A stretch of 64,000 nucleotides of DNA, taken from contig JBBIML010000018.1 in the NCBI GenBank assembly GCA_037444405.1, forward strand, positions 1-64,000, in the 5' to 3' direction. This document shows positions 60,817 through 64,000 of this stretch, one piece after another. A program made the position numbers and the translations under genes. The notes below the pieces were generated by a model. That model did no database searches. It was not told the DNA's origin and saw only the letters and a program-made list of their open reading frames with translations. Every line of letters begins with the position of its first letter. The stretch's first letter is position 1. Origin of the DNA: Armatimonadota bacterium (GTDB lineage Bacteria; Armatimonadota; Fimbriimonadia; Fimbriimonadales; GBS-DC).

Positions 60817-63456
60817 ATGGATTCTGCCGGGCGTGTGGTTGGGCGGTGGCTGCTGGGCGTGTGGGGGTCGCTGGGCTGTTTCGGGCGCGGGCTGACCCTG
60901 CTGGCGCTGGTCAGCGCGCTGATTGCCGGGCTAACTGGCGGGCTGACTCCTGCTAACTGGACGCTGTTTGCCTTCTGGGTGCTGGCGAACGCGCTGATGG
61001 GGCTGAAGGCGGTGGCGGTCAGCCTGACGCGCCCGCGCCTGTGGGCGTCCATCGCCTCGATCGCCTTCGGCTGGTCATTCATCGGCGCGTTTTTGAGCGC
61101 GATCCTGATGCCTGTTTGGATGGCGAATGCGGCTTCGCAAGCGGAGTCGGTCGCTTTCGGCGGCGCGTTCCTGCTGTTGATGGCGGGTATCAGCTTCGGG
61201 CTATCACTGATTTGCGGCTTTTTCGTCAGTCTGTTCGGGGCGGGGCTGGGGCTGGCGGCATCGGCGGTGGCGGAGCAGGCAGCGGCGCGCTGGGGGCTGA
61301 TGGCATGCTGGGGCTGGCAGGCAGTGGGGCTGTTGCTGGCGTTGCTGGGCATGCCCGCGATGCTGGTGCTGACGGTGTGGCTGGGCGTGCCGCTCCTCAC
61401 CGTGCTGACCGTGCGCCAGCTGGTTCATGGCCGGTGGCTGCATAGCAGCTGGCAGTGGGCACGCCACTGGCTCCGACGCCTGCTGGTTATCCAGCAGGGT
61501 ACCGGCGCACGCCGACGGACGCTCGATTTGCGTGGCGCCGCGATTGGAACCGCTATCGGGCTGCTGACATGGCTGGTGTGGCAGTCGGGCGTGCTGATGC
61601 CCCTGCAGGCGAACAGCCTCATCTGGCTCATCCGGTTCCGCAACGAACCGTGGGTGCAGGAACGCAGGGGCATGAGCCTGGTGCTGGGGCAAACGCAGGC
61701 GTCAAGCCGTATCGTGCTGCTTCAGCATGACCAGCAGAGCTATGCGGCGATCGATAAGCGTTCGGAGTGCGCGGTGCTGGCGCAGGCGATTCGGCAGTTG
61801 CGTGCGTGGCGGGCGCGGCTGCTGCTGGTGCCAGTCCCGTTGCTCACAGCCGACGGCGTCGATTCGGAGCCTGCGCGACGCCTGGCACAGCGCAATCGGC
61901 GTGATCTGAACCTGCTGATGGCGGCGGCGCGTGAGGTGGGCAATGTGGTCTGGGTGGTGCCGAATGCCCAGCGGCTGCCGCCCGAAGCCCGGTCGCTGAT
62001 CCGAACGGGCAAAGCCGTCGGCAACCTTGAGCATGTGCGCTATCTCGCGCCCGCACTGCCCGTGCTGGAGCGCAGTCGCCGTTTCGAAGCGCCTCCGCTC
62101 GCCGCGCTCCAGCATATCGACCGCCGTGCGTATGAGCGGCTGCAGGGACGGTTCGTGCCGACCGAGTTCTATGGCGACCAGCCCGGCGAGGTGTTTCCGC
62201 AGGTGCCGCTCGCCTGCGTGCTGACCCGACCGCCGCTCTACTGGCTGGTTCAGCGGCGCACTGAGCGCGACGGGTTGCTGACGGAGCGCATCTTCGATGT
62301 GCAGGCGATGCCAACGCACCAGCTGTTCGAGAACCGCATCGTGCTGTTGCCATATTCGCGGCCGGAGCTGTATCAGACCCCGATAGGGCGCATGGACGCG
62401 CAGCAGCTGATGGCGCATCAGCTCGCCTCATTGCTTGACGGGCACACAGGTCGTGGGCTGTCAGCGGGCTGGGTGGGGCTGGTGTTGCTCGCGCTGGGGC
62501 TGATCAGTGGCTCGCTGTGCCTGCGCCGCACACCCCTCGAAGCGTGGTGGATCGCGATTCTGATTGCGCTGGTCGTCTGGCTGTTCAGCCTGGCGCTCTT
62601 TCTGGTGGGGCGAATCTGGCTGGACCCGCTGCTGCCCGTATTAAGCGTGGCGCTGACCGTGTTGCTGGTCTCGCAGATGGCGTTTGTGAGCGAGAGCGCG
62701 GAGCGTGCCCGCCACCGTGCGCTGCTGCAGCGGCTGGTCGCGCCCGAAGTGGCGGAGCAACTGCTGGAGGACATCGCGGAACGGCTCAGCCCGGGCGGTC
62801 AGCGCTGTCGGGTAGGAGTGCTGTTCGCCGACATCCGTAACTTCACCCGCTTCGCGGAGGCACACACGCCGGAACAGGTGATTGAGCGGCTCAATCGCTA
62901 TCTAAGCGCGCTCACGGACGCGCTCCACGCGCATCAGGGCATTCTGGACAAGTACACGGGCGACGGGCTGATGGCGCTGTTCGCGGCGCACCTGCTGCCA
63001 GAGCCGGAGTCGGACACAGGGCTGATCTGTCGTTCGGTGCGCGCCGCGATAGCGATGCAGCACGCGCTCCAGCAGGTCACTGTCGATTCGTCGGCGGGCG
63101 CGCCGCTGGGCATCGGCATCGGACTGCATTTTGGTGAGGCGGTGCTGGGTCTGCTGGGCAGCCCGCACCAGTTCAACTACACGGCGGTGGGTGGCACGGT
63201 GGTGATTGCGGCGCGATTGCAGGCGCTGGCAGCGGCGGGCGAAATCGTGATGAGTGAGGTGGTCTATCGCACCGCGCGTGAAGCGGGCGTTGTGCCCGAC
63301 CTGCCGCCCGAAACGGTGCAGCTCAAGGGCATGACGGCGTCCTTTGTAATCTATCGCCTGCGCGCGCCTGCCCCAGCCGAGCCGCAGCCACACGCGGATG
63401 CACGCACCGATGTGTCTGAATCCGCACCCCTTGCGATGGGAAGAGAGTTCAGATGA
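60817..63456 (+). CDS. Multi-TM, CHASE2-like class III adenylate/guanylate cyclase
   Basis: LFADIRNFT, DKYTGDGLMALF, GIGLHFG and YTAVGGTVVIAARL; YQTPIG..H before three TM helices. Confidence 0.85.
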   Translation: MDSAGRVVGRWLLGVWGSLGCFGRGLTLLALVSALIAGLTGGLTPANWTLFAFWVLANALMGLKAVAVSLTRPRLWASIASIAFGWSFIGAFLSAILMPVWMANAASQAESVAFGGAFLLLMAGISFGLSLICGFFVSLFGAGLGLAASAVAEQAAARWGLMACWGWQAVGLLLALLGMPAMLVLTVWLGVPLLTVLTVRQLVHGRWLHSSWQWARHWLRRLLVIQQGTGARRRTLDLRGAAIGTAIGLLTWLVWQSGVLMPLQANSLIWLIRFRNEPWVQERRGMSLVLGQTQASSRIVLLQHDQQSYAAIDKRSECAVLAQAIRQLRAWRARLLLVPVPLLTADGVDSEPARRLAQRNRRDLNLLMAAAREVGNVVWVVPNAQRLPPEARSLIRTGKAVGNLEHVRYLAPALPVLERSRRFEAPPLAALQHIDRRAYERLQGRFVPTEFYGDQPGEVFPQVPLACVLTRPPLYWLVQRRTERDGLLTERIFDVQAMPTHQLFENRIVLLPYSRPELYQTPIGRMDAQQLMAHQLASLLDGHTGRGLSAGWVGLVLLALGLISGSLCLRRTPLEAWWIAILIALVVWLFSLALFLVGRIWLDPLLPVLSVALTVLLVSQMAFVSESAERARHRALLQRLVAPEVAEQLLEDIAERLSPGGQRCRVGVLFADIRNFTRFAEAHTPEQVIERLNRYLSALTDALHAHQGILDKYTGDGLMALFAAHLLPEPESDTGLICRSVRAAIAMQHALQQVTVDSSAGAPLGIGIGLHFGEAVLGLLGSPHQFNYTAVGGTVVIAARLQALAAAGEIVMSEVVYRTAREAGVVPDLPPETVQLKGMTASFVIYRLRAPAPAEPQPHADARTDVSESAPLAMGREFR

Positions 63457-63818
63457 GGAAACAAGCCCTCCCACCCAACCTGCGCCTTCCGCCGCTTCAG
63501 CGCGACATCACGGGTACACTTTTTACCGTGCGGCTGGAGGTGGAGAACAGTCTGGCGCAGACCTATCGGCGGCTGAGCCTGATCAGCGCAATGGTGATGC
63601 TCATCGGCTGGCTGTGGCACCTGTGGCGACACGATGCGCAAAACGGGCTGATTCTGGTGGGTGTCGGGCTGTTGCTGCTGACCCCGCTGCTGGCACTGAT
63701 GCATCTGGCGTGGTTGGTCGCGGGCGCGGATCGCCCCACTGCCCGCTATAGCCTGCTCACGATAGGGCTGGTGGGGCTGGCGCTGCTGATCGGACTGCTG
63801 ACAGGGGGTGGACGATGA
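63453..63818 (+). CDS. Small 3-TM membrane protein (DUF1634-like)
   Basis: GVGLLLLTP motif; ATGA overlaps on both sides. Confidence 0.6.
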   Translation: MRKQALPPNLRLPPLQRDITGTLFTVRLEVENSLAQTYRRLSLISAMVMLIGWLWHLWRHDAQNGLILVGVGLLLLTPLLALMHLAWLVAGADRPTARYSLLTIGLVGLALLIGLLTGGGR

Positions 63819-64000
63819 GCCAGCTGACGACGCTGACACGCGACTTGAGCGCGATTGTGGGCAACGAAGCGGTCATCACCGACCCGACCGCACTGCGCAC
63901 CTACGACTGCGACGCCTACACTATCGAGAAGGCGCTGCCCACTGTGGTGGTGCTGCCCCAGACGACGGAGCAGGTGGTGGCGATTGTGCGCTATGCGAAT
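63815..64000 (+). CDS. FAD-linked oxidase, GlcD-like (5' partial)
   Basis: MSQL..IVGNEAVITD..YDCDAY..PTVVVLPQTTEQV; truncated by the window end. Confidence 0.75.
   Translation, partial: MSQLTTLTRDLSAIVGNEAVITDPTALRTYDCDAYTIEKALPTVVVLPQTTEQVVAIVRYAN

Overview
GC-rich, gene-dense bacterial chromosomal window. DUF1559/prepilin-type genes, a PEP-CTERM protein and a 'DDADLLxVLFNFG' dockerin-like protein suggest Armatimonadota; this is an inference, not a database result. The left end has a doubly frameshifted HEAT-repeat/DNA methyltransferase gene, a Gfo/Idh/MocA oxidoreductase, and a cytochrome c-narG-narH-narJ-narI-narK cluster. In that cluster narG carries an in-frame TAG at a conserved Trp, and narK is fused to a ferredoxin. 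The rest is mostly scattered housekeeping genes: pduO, lysC, atpZ/atpI, ROK, glyQ, purSQ, cinA, thpR, Rieske/cyt b-c, lipB, metX, speD, motAB, HMG-CoA lyase, mazG, prsA, divIVA, asnS, tRNA-Glu, sucC, clpC, a P1B-4 ATPase with a Fur/PerR regulator, rpoD, rex, nadB, PII and a cyclase. The best candidate for an undescribed system is at 10841-12260 (- strand). A secreted Cys-rich (CxxC) leader peptide ends in a RAPP ribosome-arrest motif whose codons form a perfect 12-bp stem with the Shine-Dalgarno of a downstream DUF1559 pilin-like gene, which points to a stalling-controlled translational switch. Other notable signals are a 76-77 bp MITE inserted twice at the same base of the -35 promoter motif, a Rex/CRP-type palindrome ahead of an rpoD-rex-nadB-PII-cyclase run, a structured leader before speD-metX, many apparently leaderless genes, and a REP palindrome translated inside thpR. 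All calls rest on motifs read by eye; no searches were run.
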